This document shows positions 37,804 to 49,734 of a DNA stretch of 64,000 nt, one piece after another. A program made the position numbers and the translations under genes. Source of the stretch: Paraspadella gotoi (taxonomy: Eukaryota; Animalia; Chaetognatha); assembly GCA_051294375.1 (NCBI GenBank), contig CM119266.1, positions 2,546,191 to 2,610,190 on the forward strand. Direction: 5' to 3'. The first letter of the stretch is position 1; every line of letters starts with the position of its first letter. The notes below the pieces were generated by a model. That model was given only the letters and a program-made list of their open reading frames with translations, was not told the origin of the DNA and searched no databases.

Positions 37804-39305
37804 CAGTAGCATCCGTCTAGAATTTCTGAGACGTCAAGCTCTGTAACTCGAGTACAAATGAGAATTTTAAAAAAGAGCTTTTGTCTGATATCCGAGTTAC
37901 ACATATGGCAACTACTCCCCTTTGGTAAGCCATTTTTGGGACATCAGAACTTATTGTAAAAAGATGCCTTCAGCCAGATTTGAACCTGAAACCTTTTCGT
38001 AACATTGAAATCCGGCGCGCTAAGCACTCGGCCAAATGATTTTCAAAAAATTTGGTACAAAGTAAATTATATAAAGCTGTAGGTTCGCTTTTTAATTTTT
38101 GGGGAAAACAAAAAATTCAACGTTCGAAGGCAGAGATTTCGACATCCGAGTCCCAAGTTTCCCGATTCGTGACGGAACGTCGCAACGACGACGATTAATA
38201 CGAAGAAAGCGAATATCTGGTTATTTAATGTTTGAAATTGAGGAAAAGTCAGTTGCCTCTTTAAGCCGCGACGTTGAACTTTTTCACCTTTGATTTAAGG
38301 TGTTTTATTAAGTGTTTTTAACTAGTTGCTTATTGTATCAATATTAATAAATAGGCTAATGATTGGAGAGAATGAAAGAATGAAATCGTTTCAAAAAAAA
38401 GAATAATCTAAGTTTTCGATTTGCATAAAAACAAATTTGAGCAGACAATGTCGGATCTGCCTACAATAATTAAGCAGTAATAAGCTAATACGATGATAAT
38501 TCTTGGTAATGTTTTCTGACTTTCAATTTGTGATCTTAACAGATCATAACACGTTGTGTAACATAAACAAGTTTGAGCAAACAATGTCGGATTCTGCCAA
38601 TGATCATTATCAGTAATTAATTAATTAATAATTTCAAGTAATTGATTAATAATTAGGGCAATTAATTAATTATTTTGATCCAAAATGTATGTTTGATTGA
38701 TTGACTGATTAATTAATTATTGATTAATTAATTGACTTATTGATTAATTAACTGATTAATTATTTGATTAATTAATACATCTTGCATTTACATTAATATA
38801 AAAGCATAATCAATTAGTGAAACACGTTTTTTTGTTTTTTTCCATTTAAACTCATTTCCACTCAAACGATTCCATCGAAACTTGATTTCCAGTTTAATCA
38901 CACAACTTTTCTACCCACATACAAAATTTCAAGTCAATCTTCCCATCCACTCATGAGTAATTGTGTTCAAATAGTGAAATATATTTTTTTTCCAGATCCG
39001 ACTAAAAAGAAAGAAAACCAAATTTATATTGAGGTTTTTTGAAATTTTTTTTAAAATAACGAAGATGGCCGAGTGGTTTAAAAACTAAGACTTCGACGCA
39101 GAATGGAATGGTAGGATTCGAATCCCACTCAAGGTAAACTTTTATAATAAAACTGCTATGTCCAAAAGTGGTCGTAGAGCAATGGCTTACCGAAGGGGAG
39201 TAGCCATATGAGTACTCGATAACAAGACAAAAACTCTCTTTCAAATTATCATTTGACTCGAGTTACAGAGCTTGCCGTCTCAGAAATTCTAGACGGATGC
39301 TACTG
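37804..39305. mobile_element. Non-autonomous Tc1/mariner-type element (MITE) with long TIRs
   Basis: TA-flanked TIRs CAGTAGCATCCGTCTAGAATTTCTGAGACG..., ~50 bp near-perfect and ~250 bp diverged; no ORF. Confidence 0.85.
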
Positions 39306-39988
39306 TAGCGCATTCATTTTTTAAAATATTGGTAATCGTAAAAATCATTGTCTGAACTTAATGGTTACTGGACTATGCTTGTCTAACATTAATAGGCAAG
39401 TTTATTGTTATAGCAAGAGAGATAATCAGGATTAAACTAGAAATTAAAATTAGAAAAGTTTACGCGATCTTATGAAAAGCTTTTTTTCTTCTGTCAAAGA
39501 TGGTCCAAGATGGAATGCAATGAACTTTTTGCCTTCTATTCTGATAGTCACAGCCAACGATTATGCAGCTAGGAAATTTCGGAATGCCTCACCTATTAAT
39601 TGCTACGGTAAAAAGGCAGGTAAAACGAGAGCCTTGTTTCGAACTGCGGACTCTTTGCAGATCGACGCTACAAGTTGGCTCGACAATCTATTCCTCTCAA
39701 AGTCGCAAAAACTTTTGGCTACCATGTTTGAAGAGAGATTTCTCGCTCATACGCCTCTGGGGATCAATAGGATAGCCAAAGCTAATTTGTTGCGGCAAAC
39801 ATACTTTTTGCAATCCCTCGTCAGCTCTTATGTTCTAAACGATAAAAACAGACATCATTAATTCATTATCACCTTCGCAGCACTCAATATCATAAAAATC
39901 GGTTCTCAACAACCAACTGCACCATAAACGAGTGACTACACAATTTTGTCTCGTAAAATCCGATTCGGGGCGCAAAAAAACTGACGGG

Positions 39989-40072
39989 GTCGCCTAGCAA
40001 CGAGGAAAACAAAATATTTTCTCTCCTTTTGTTTTCGTCTCTATGTTTACGATTGAACGTCTCCATGGAGAT
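39989..40072. promoter_or_regulatory. Pair of RFX X-box-like motifs
   Basis: GTCGCCTAGCAAC (39989-40001) and GTCTCCATGGAGAT (40059-40072). Confidence 0.4.
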
Positions 40073-40708
40073 CCGACGCGTCGATAAACAAGAAAGAAAA
40101 TGGTGACGAAATCGTTCGTCGGTTTCGGGTTTCTGCTTCTGTTTAAATCTGATATTAATTTTTGACTCAACGTTTCAGGATATGAAGACCGTGAAATTAC
40201 TCTGTCTATACGAGAAGTTCTTTACGCTTAACTCTAAACGCCACGCGTCTTTTTTGTCGAGTCTAATGGCGACTCTAAAAGACCCTTCTCGGTCTGTCTG
40301 TCTGTCTGTCCGTCTGTCTATCTTTAAATTTTATTTAAAAAAATAGGCTTCTATAGTGACCACACTTTCCTTGTTATATATCAGGACTCTTTAATATTCT
40401 TTGCTCTCTTGTTTACACTATCTACCATCTAGCGGATACTAACCAGTAACCACGCTTTGTACAATGTATAATGTATAATGTAAAATGTATAATGTACATA
40501 TCTCCGCCAAACTTAGAAACCCTTTCATTCTGTAATCTTAACTAATTCACTAATTCACTAATTCACTAATTTCTACTCTTTTATCTTCCTCTCACTTTGT
40601 CACTCTCTCTTCACACCCTCTTTNNNNNNNNNNNNNNNNNNNNNNNNNCTCTCCTCGCCTTACCTCTTCTCGAACCGAAATGACGTATGCTCCCGAATCT
40701 TTCACTAC

Positions 40709-40752
<44 letters not shown>

Positions 40753-41369
40753 CACAAATAACTCGATTGGGACGCCCATTGGATAAAGTAGCGTACCAAT
40801 TTTGGTACTAAAGCCGGCATTTGTGACACAATCTTAAACTACAAACTGTTAAAACTAAAGAAAAAAACTGGCAAATTCAATAACTAACATGACTTAATGT
40901 GGAAAATTATAATCAACGGTCACTGGCCATTCACGTAAATTTAAAATTCCTATCAGGCCCGGCCTGGGCATAGGATGGCGTGGGAACACCGATCCAAGAA
41001 AAAACCATAAGGATGAGACAGGTTTCAGTCAGTGAACCTAGTTTGTTTGTAATTCAGTGTGTAGCTTACCCTGCTGCAGAACACAGCACCAGCCGCCTCG
41101 CCGTAAAGCCCAACACCACCTCCCCTCACCATTACACCCCATCATAGGTATTGAGTAGTCAGCCACCCCGGCTCCCTTCTAAATTTAGTGAATGGCAGGC
41201 TGACGTTCGTATATTTTGCACATTAATATTATATTGAATTTGCCATGTTTTTCTTAGTTTTTACAGTTTTGTAGTTAAGCATTGTTCCACAATCCGCTTT
41301 ATACAAAATTGGTTACACGTACTTAATCCAATGGCAGTCCAAATTCGATTTATTTTTGTATTTTTTTTT

Positions 41370-41410
<41 letters not shown>

Positions 41411-42795
41411 GTATAAAATTCAGGAGCATACGTCATTTCTCGGTTCGAGAAAGTAACAGGGAGGAGAGAAAAGAGGGTGTGAAGACGAGAGTGACAAAGT
41501 GTTGAAGGAAGATAAAAGAGTAGAAATTAGTGAATTAGTGAATTAGTGAATTAGTTAAGATTACAGAATGAAAGGGTTTCTAAGTTTTGCGGAGATATGT
41601 ACATTATACATTTTTACATTATGCATTAACATTGTACAAAGCGTGGTTACTGGTTAGTATCCGCTAGATGGTAGATAGTGTAAACAAGAGAGCAAAGAAT
41701 ATTAAAGAGGTCCTGATATATAACAAGGAAAGTGTGGTCACTATAGAAGCCTATTTTTTAAATAAAATTTAAAGATAGACAGACGGACAGACAGACAACA
41801 GACGAGAAGGTCTTTAGAGTCGCCATTAGACTCGACAAAAAAGACGCGTGGCGTTTAGAGTTAAGCGTAAAGAACTTCTCGTATAGACAGAGTAATTTCA
41901 CGTCTTCATATCCTGAAACGTTGAGTCAAAAATTAAATATCAGATTTAAACAGAAGCAGAAAACCCGAAACCGACGAACGATTTCGTCACCATTTTCCTT
42001 TCTTGTTTATCGACGCGTCGGATCTCCATGGAGACGTTCAATCGTAAACATAGAGACGAAAACAAAAGGAGAAAAAATATTTTGTTTTCCTCGTTGCTAA
42101 GGCGAACCCCGTCAGTTTTTTTGCGCCCCGAATCGGATTTTACGAGACAAAATTGTTAGTCACTCGTTATGGTGCAGTTGGTTGTTGAGAACCGATTTTT
42201 ATGATATTGATGCTGCGAAGGTGATAGATGAATTAATGATGTCTGTTTTTATCGTTTAGAACATAAAGAGCTGACGAGGGATTGCAAAAGTATGTTTCCG
42301 CAACAAATTAGCTTTGGCTATCCTATTGATCCCCAGAGGCGTATGAGCGAGAAATCTTCTTCAAACATGGTAGCAAAAGTTTTTGCACGCTTTGAGAGAA
42401 TAGATTGTCGAGCCAACTATGTTGCGGTCGTCCAAAAAAGATCCCCATTCGAACAAGGCTTCTCGTTTTACCTGCCTTTTTACCCGTAGCAATTAATAGG
42501 TGAGCATTCCGAAAATTTCCTAGCTGCCATAATCGTCTGGCTGTGACTATCAGAATAGAAGCAAAAAGTTCCATTGCATTCCATCTCTGGACCATCTTGT
42601 GACAGAAGAAAAAAAGCTTTTTCATATAGATCGCGAAAAACTTTTCTATATTTTAATTTCTAGTTTAATCCTGATTATCTCTCTTGCTATAACAATAAAC
42701 TTGCCTATTAATGTTAGACAAGCATAGTCCAGTAACCATTAAGTTCAGACAATGATTTTTACGATTACCAATATTTTAAAAAATGAATTGCGCTA

Positions 42796-44333
42796 CAGTA
42801 GCCATCCGTCTAGAATTTCTGAGACGCAAAAGCCCTGGTTAACCTCGAGTACAAATGATAATTTTGAAAGAGAAGTTTGTTTCTTGTTATCGAGACTCAG
42901 CTATGGCTACTCCCCCTTCGGTAGAAGCCATTGCTCTACGATCATTTTTGGGACCATAGCAGTTTATTATAAAAGTTTACCTTGAGTGGGATTCGAACTC
43001 CCTACCATTCCACTCTGCGTCGAAGTTAGTTTATTTAACCACTCGGCCATCTCGTTATTTAAAAAAAATTTCAAAAACTCAATTATAAATTTTTGCGTTT
43101 TCTTCTTTTTAGTCGGATCTGGACCAATAAAAATATATTTCACTTATTGAGACACAATTACTCATGTAGTGATGAGGTGGTTTTTAAGATTGTACGGGAA
43201 TATTTTTGTATTTGTGGGTATGAAAGTGTGTGATTAAACTGGAAATCAAGTTTCGATGGAATCGGTTTGAGGACATGAGTTTAAAAGTGGAAAAACAAAA
43301 AAACGTGTTTCACTAAGTTGATTATTGCTTTTTATATTGAATAAAGCAAGATGTAAGTAATTAATTCAAGATAATTAATAGTTAATTAATCAATAAGTCA
43401 TATTAATTAATCAAAATTAGATTTAATCAGTCAATCAATCAAACATACTTTTGGATCAAAATAATTATATTAATTTGCCTAATTAACTTAATCAATTACT
43501 TGAATTTATTACTTACATAAATTCTAACTGATAATATCATTTGGCAGATCCGAAAATAGTTTGCTCAAACTGTTATGTCAACGTTTATGATCTGTTAAGA
43601 GTTCACAAATTGAAAGTCAGAAAACATTTACCAAGAATTATCATCTATTTAGCTTTACTGCTTAATTATTGGTAGGCAGATCGACATTGTGCTGCTCAAA
43701 TTGTTTTTTATGCAAATCGAAAACTTAGATTATTCTTTTTTGAAACGATTTCATTCTTTCATCTCTCAATTCATTAGCCTTTTATTAAATATTTGTATAC
43801 AATAAGCAACTAGTTAAAAAACCTTAATAAAAACACCTTAAAATCAAGGTGCGAAAAAGTGTTCAACGCCGGCAAAGAGGGGCAACTGACTTTTCCTCAT
43901 TTCAAACATAAAAAAATAAGCCAGATATTCGCTTTCTTCGTATTAATCCGTCGTCGTTGCGACGTTCCGTCCAATCATTCGGGAAACTTGGACTCGGAGC
44001 GAAACTCTGCCTTCGAAGCGTTGAATTTGTTTTCCCAAAAAAATAAAGCGAACCTACAGCTTTATATATATTTTACTTTGTACCAAATTTTTTGTGAAAA
44101 TCATTTTGCCGACGTGCTTAGCGCGCCTGGATTTCAATGTTACGAAAAGTTTTCAGTTTCAAATCTGGCGAGCATCTTTTTACAGATAAGTCTGATGTCC
44201 CAAAAGTGCTTTACCAAAGGGGGCAGTAGCAATGTGTACTCGATATCAGACAAAATGCTCTCTTTTAAAATTCTCATGTTGTACTCGAGTTACAGAGCTT
44301 AACGTCTCAGAAATTCATAGACGGATGCGACTG
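42796..44333. mobile_element. Mirror copy of the TA-flanked MITE in the right arm
   Basis: Same TIRs, with indel noise. Confidence 0.85.
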
Positions 44334-45625
44334 TATCTTAAAAATAAATAATTTTTCGTGAAAAAAAGTTATTTTGAAAATAACAATAGTTTTATCATGA
44401 TTCATACACGCTACACTTTTATATTGACGTTTGATTCAACGTTTTGATATTCAAATTGAGAAAAACTTATTAAAAAAATGTGATCATCATATCAAAAAAT
44501 TCTCAGAAAATTAAATAACACAACAATAAATACTTATAACAGATTTGTTTTAATGGATAGTTTTAATGAGTTCCCGATCAACATTTAATATTTTGGTCAG
44601 CTGGCGCTCACTTTCACCATGATTTTCAGTTTAATGATAAACTTAAAAGAATAATTGCACATTTGAAAAAGCGGAAAAAAGCAACCAAAAATTTGAAAAA
44701 AAGCAAAAAAGCAACCCATATCAAGATGGCAAACGATGACAGTTTGAAAAACAGAAAAAAAACAAATATAAATTAATAAACATATAATAAATTTCTTGTG
44801 GTCTCCACAAAACAACAACAGTTTGTCAATACAACAAACCAAGTTACTACTACCAGTCAATTCTTTTTTTTTTTCACTTTCAGCATGAATCTTTCAACAA
44901 CTAGCCAAACAAATTGTGAAAATAGTACAGCATATATTCAATGATTTATTAGCAAACACCAACAATCAATTTTGTGCCACGATTTAACTTGTTTTTTAGG
45001 ATATCTGTAACAAAATTATAAAATTTTCTTTTCAAAATTTTCTTGCTAAGTTTCGTTGTATTGTTTTAAAACTAAAAATAATGACGGTTTTTTACTTTTG
45101 CTGGTATCTATTTTGGCAATGATCAAAAGCCTATGTTTGTCTCTATTTGCTGAGCTGCTTTTCTCATGCCAAAAATTTCATTACCTTTACATTTATTGAA
45201 GGAGGTAAAGTCACCTTAAATTATAGAAGCAGAAAACTTTTCTGGTAATTAGTTTTTAAGAGTCATTATCTATAGGCTCTAAAATCATTTGCTAAGAGAG
45301 GTTACGCTTTTAAATGTATTTTTTTATGTGTTTAAAAACAAAAACCGGGTGGTAGTTAAAGGTGATTGTCGCATGATTCACGTACTTTCAACCATAATAT
45401 AAAACATATGTAAATAGCAGCATTCCTAATGCATTGCAGATCCTGATAAGTATTAGTTTTTTCTCTTTTGGCGAATATAGATTGAGATTAAATGGTCCAT
45501 AAAAAAACCGTCGAGGTATTCCTTAAATTACTCTGTTTTTACATAGTATGTGTTATATTAAAACGCTTTACGATTTTTAAAAAATATGTTAATTTTAATG
45601 GATTTGAGCGAACGGCGCTTGTCGA

Positions 45626-48600
45626 CTAACCAAAACATTGAATTTGAGGAAATGCGCGATGCTCTTGTACATTTCTGTCAATGTTTCCTCCAAAACAAAA
45701 AAACGCTGACGACCCGATGTGCATTTTCTCACCGGCAACGGGCTCTATGTTGCATCAAAACCACCCACTCGCCGCAGAATTCAGTCGAAAGCTCGACTCT
45801 CTTATCAAGACATTTTTTCTATCAAACACTTTTGACATCGTCCCTGATGGACTTAAAACGCTTGGTGATTTCCACCGACTACAAGAAATTAGTCGCTGAA
45901 ATCGGAGTCAGGCCTGTGAAAGGAAAAATGGTCGCCCCGAAAACCGAATTTCTTGAAATTTCGTTCCACGTCATCGTTATCGAGGTTGAGAAAGAAAAAT
46001 TTCCCGAAGGAAATCTTCTCCTTCTCTTCCACCGCTGGATTGAATAACTTTTCTCTCAATCGAGCGATGGGCAATATCACGCCGCGCTTGTAGCGAAAAC
46101 CCGGAAGAAGGTCGAACAAAAGATGGGCGGTTGGATTTTGGGTCGTTACTCTATCAAACTCCAAGATTTGGTAGTTAGTAATAACAAAGAAAAGGTTCCC
46201 CAAGTATTTCAACAAAGCGGATTGTGTAACTTCCAGATAAACTCTCCATTTCAAGTGGAACCTTGAGAAGTAAATCTTCCCCGTAGAATCGAGAGATAAG
46301 AGTTGGTTATTTCTGTTTCTGAAAACTGATTTACAAATAGATAGCTTTTGATTGCAACGCCATCGGCGCTTAATGTGACGATGGAATGTCGCCCGTGCTT
46401 TTATTTGTGTTCCAAGGAAATCGTCTGGTCCATGACAAAGACATCATGAGGCAAATCTTGAACATCACCATTCGGCAGCGGCTGCCTCTGCTCCCCAGTA
46501 CGTAAATTCCTTAAAGGAACGCCAAAAATCCTAGGCCAACAGCAAAATGCCTTTGATCGACTCACGGTTCGTCCGCTCTGAGAGTTCGGAGCTTTTATTT
46601 CCAATGGATACTCCACAGAATTGACGGCTGAAGATAATTGAATAATCTGATTCCTAAAGAAAAAAAACAAAGAGCAGTCTCTTAATGTGTCATAGTAATT
46701 TTTCATAGAACAAGTCTTTTTATGTCATTGGGATTTCCCACACAAAAACACATCGTTTACCTGATGTTATAATGTTTCTGAGAAAGCATCAGAAGATAGT
46801 CTGAATTTTTCACCCAATATGTTTGCTCAATATCTTTTTCGTCATCCATCGGAAAAACAAAAAAATAGAAATTTGTCACAAAGTATGAGATGTGTGACAA
46901 AGATTGTCATTAATCTCCTCTATTAAAAACTTCATTGTAGTAAATTCAACTTTTCATTGAGTCCAGACGCAATATGCCAATGCGAGCAGACATTTTTCTG
47001 CGAATGAATCCTTAGCTCGTCTTAAAGAACTCAAGGCTCAAGGTTTGCTTCGAGCATATGGAAAAATCCTCTGAAGGAAATATAGATTCTCCAAGATTCT
47101 TATTTTATGAATTGTTTTCAGAGCCATGCCTACACAAAACGAGGCTTTTGTAACGCAATTCTTACTATTACCCGCTATAATCTGAAAAAAAATTATATTC
47201 TGAAAAAACGCCATGCGGATGATCCAGAATAAATTGAAAGAATATTTTCGAAAGCCCACTAACGCAGATCCACAGAAAATGTATTGCTCAAGTAAACATT
47301 TGACCGCACTCAAAATATCTACGCGCTTCATTTCCCATTTTCCAGTCCGAATGAAGATGCAAGGGCATCTTAGTTGTTTATTGCCAAAAATTTACCACTA
47401 ATTATTCTAAAAAGTGAGGGCAATCAGTTTTCGATATAATTTGTTTTATTACCATTAAACTGATAAAATTAAGCCGCGAATTACCTCAACAACTCCTGGC
47501 GGTTCTAGAGAATTTTCGAGCTCTTGATAAAATTATCCACTTCCGAAGATAAAATGACATCTCCAAACAATTTTGATAATCTTCAAGCCATTCTAAGCTT
47601 CTCTCCGTGTCCACTTGTCTGAATAGTATTCTATTTCTCGCGTAGAGTTTACCTTCCTCTACGATTACTTAGTCTTCTTTTGCTCAAGAGATTTCATCAT
47701 TCCCTCTTTGCTGCCCGGTTGAAAACTTCCTGGTACACTTCTAAATCGTCGTCATAGTTTTTTTCCTGAAAACATTCCCACACAAACATAACTAATATCA
47801 TTAGGTAAATTCAGCCAGAAAAAATAATGCTCGACTTGATCAATTTTTCTCGATTTGCTTCTCGAAACTGTTTCTCTGCTGGACCAAAATCATCGACAAA
47901 TTCTAAACTTGTTCTTGAGTTAAAGGAGCAATTTGAAGTTTGAGCAAGTCAGCAATCAACTTTTTTCAGAAGGCCATTTCACTGGCCGAGTCAAAAATAG
48001 GAAAGAGCTCGATCCGAATTTCAGACTGAGAAAAGATTTTTTTCAAAAGAAATCATAAGCACGCTGATTGAGATGAACAAAAGTCAAGTCCATCGAAAAT
48101 CCACAAAATCTTCTCCGCATTTTTCTTCTAGCTTTTTGTAGGTCGTGTATCTTTCAAAGAAAGGTACTGCGTTAATAAGATTATACCAAACAAGTCCTTC
48201 ATGAAAAGTCGATCAGCTGCTACACCAAAGGAAAAACCATCAGTAATTCTTTCCAAGTTTTCTCCATTAGCCATTTCCACACCATATATTTTGACAACAT
48301 GGATTTTCCCGCAACCTCCATTGCAGTGAATGAGATTTTACTGTTTCTCTCAAAAACTTTCCATTAATTCCTCGAAATAGTAATAATCACAAATTTTAGA
48401 CTCCATGTCGTCTTGTTCTTCGTCGCTTTCTAATCATATTCATATTTCTATGTTGTTTTCGAAATGTTTTGCTTTGAGTATTTCCAACAGGAATTTGATG
48501 CTCGTTGACATTCCTCAGCAGCTTCTTACCTGACTCGTCACTAGATTTCTAAACTAGGTATTTCACTAGAATCGTAAATGAATTTTTCACGGCTTCTTGA

Positions 48601-49414
48601 AGATTCTGAATCATCTAGACATTACTAGCGTTCACATTATATAGGTCTTCTAGAGAGCAATAAGCTGTTGCTTTGGTTCCATGAACAATAAAAGATCCTT
48701 TTTGTTATGTTTTCATTTCTCCTGGAAGACTTCCGATTTCTCGTATTCTTAATCACTTGCCTTTTTCTGACGAGCTTCTGGACGGGGGTTGTTTTGAAGC
48801 ATCATTGGAAATTTCATTCCATTTTTTCGGCGAAACCAGAATTCGTCTTCCAAGTGTACGTTTGCTTGATCTCTGCATCTTGCTTCCATATCTCTTAAAC
48901 GTTACAAACTATCTCCTCAAACCGATCTCTGAGATACCCAACCATTAGCTTCAACTCCGCGTGATCCTGCAACTAGAGACTGAAAATTTCCACACTAGCG
49001 AACCACGTGACAAATTTCTAACGAGTTCCATGCTCTTCAGCGTTTCGATGGCGACTTCGTTTCTCTTTTTGCTGAGTTTTCACTTCCGCGTAATCCGCTT
49101 ATCGGTGAATCTTTGAGTGCGTGTCTTGAAAAATTTTATGTTTCGGCCATTGTCCAATGATCCGGGGATCATTTGCCGTCGAAATGATTTTTCCTTCGTT
49201 GATTCGAATAAAAACCTGAATTGCTTGAGGTAAGTTGCGATTTCGATTGCACCATTGTTCCATAATCGACCCTCGTTCCACTGCTTATTGGTTTGAGAGA
49301 AGTTCGACCCCATTAGAACTCTTTGTGACATTTTAAAGCGGCTCACCCTCGAACAAAATCCGGAAGAGGTTAAGGTGAAGATGACGCCCGAGGCGAAGGG
49401 TTACGCTCCGCCAT
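45626..49414 (-). pseudogene. Second copy of the HEPN-NACHT-Kelch gene, frameshifted as assembled (pseudogene or sequencing-error-laden intact copy)
   Basis: Reverse complement of 32971-36707 including the intron; differences are mostly scattered 1-bp indels. Confidence 0.8.
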
Positions 49415-49734
49415 TAGTACCAGAAAATTAGGACAGGAAATAGAGAACTAGCACATAATTGACAGACAGACCATTCCTAAATATAGTAAAATATTTAACA
49501 CTGAAAGATATGATTAATCAGTGGATTATTAAATAGTTGTTTTTTTTTAAATACTGACCAGGAGAAAGAACGCTATTGTATTAAAATTACGTCGAACGGA
49601 TTTAAAGTGATTTTTTCGAAATTTTTGGTCTTCGCAGAAAAATGTTATTCAAACTCATATGGAGCCATCTAAGTCCGTAGTAGTGATGTTTTCTCGATAA
49701 CAGAGACATAGATAAGAAGACGGTAACAATTATA

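Noticed and set aside
37968-39132. Functional tRNA genes (also 24041-24110, 11535-11610)
   Set aside because: A/B boxes are present but acceptor and anticodon stems are incomplete and all lie within mobile elements
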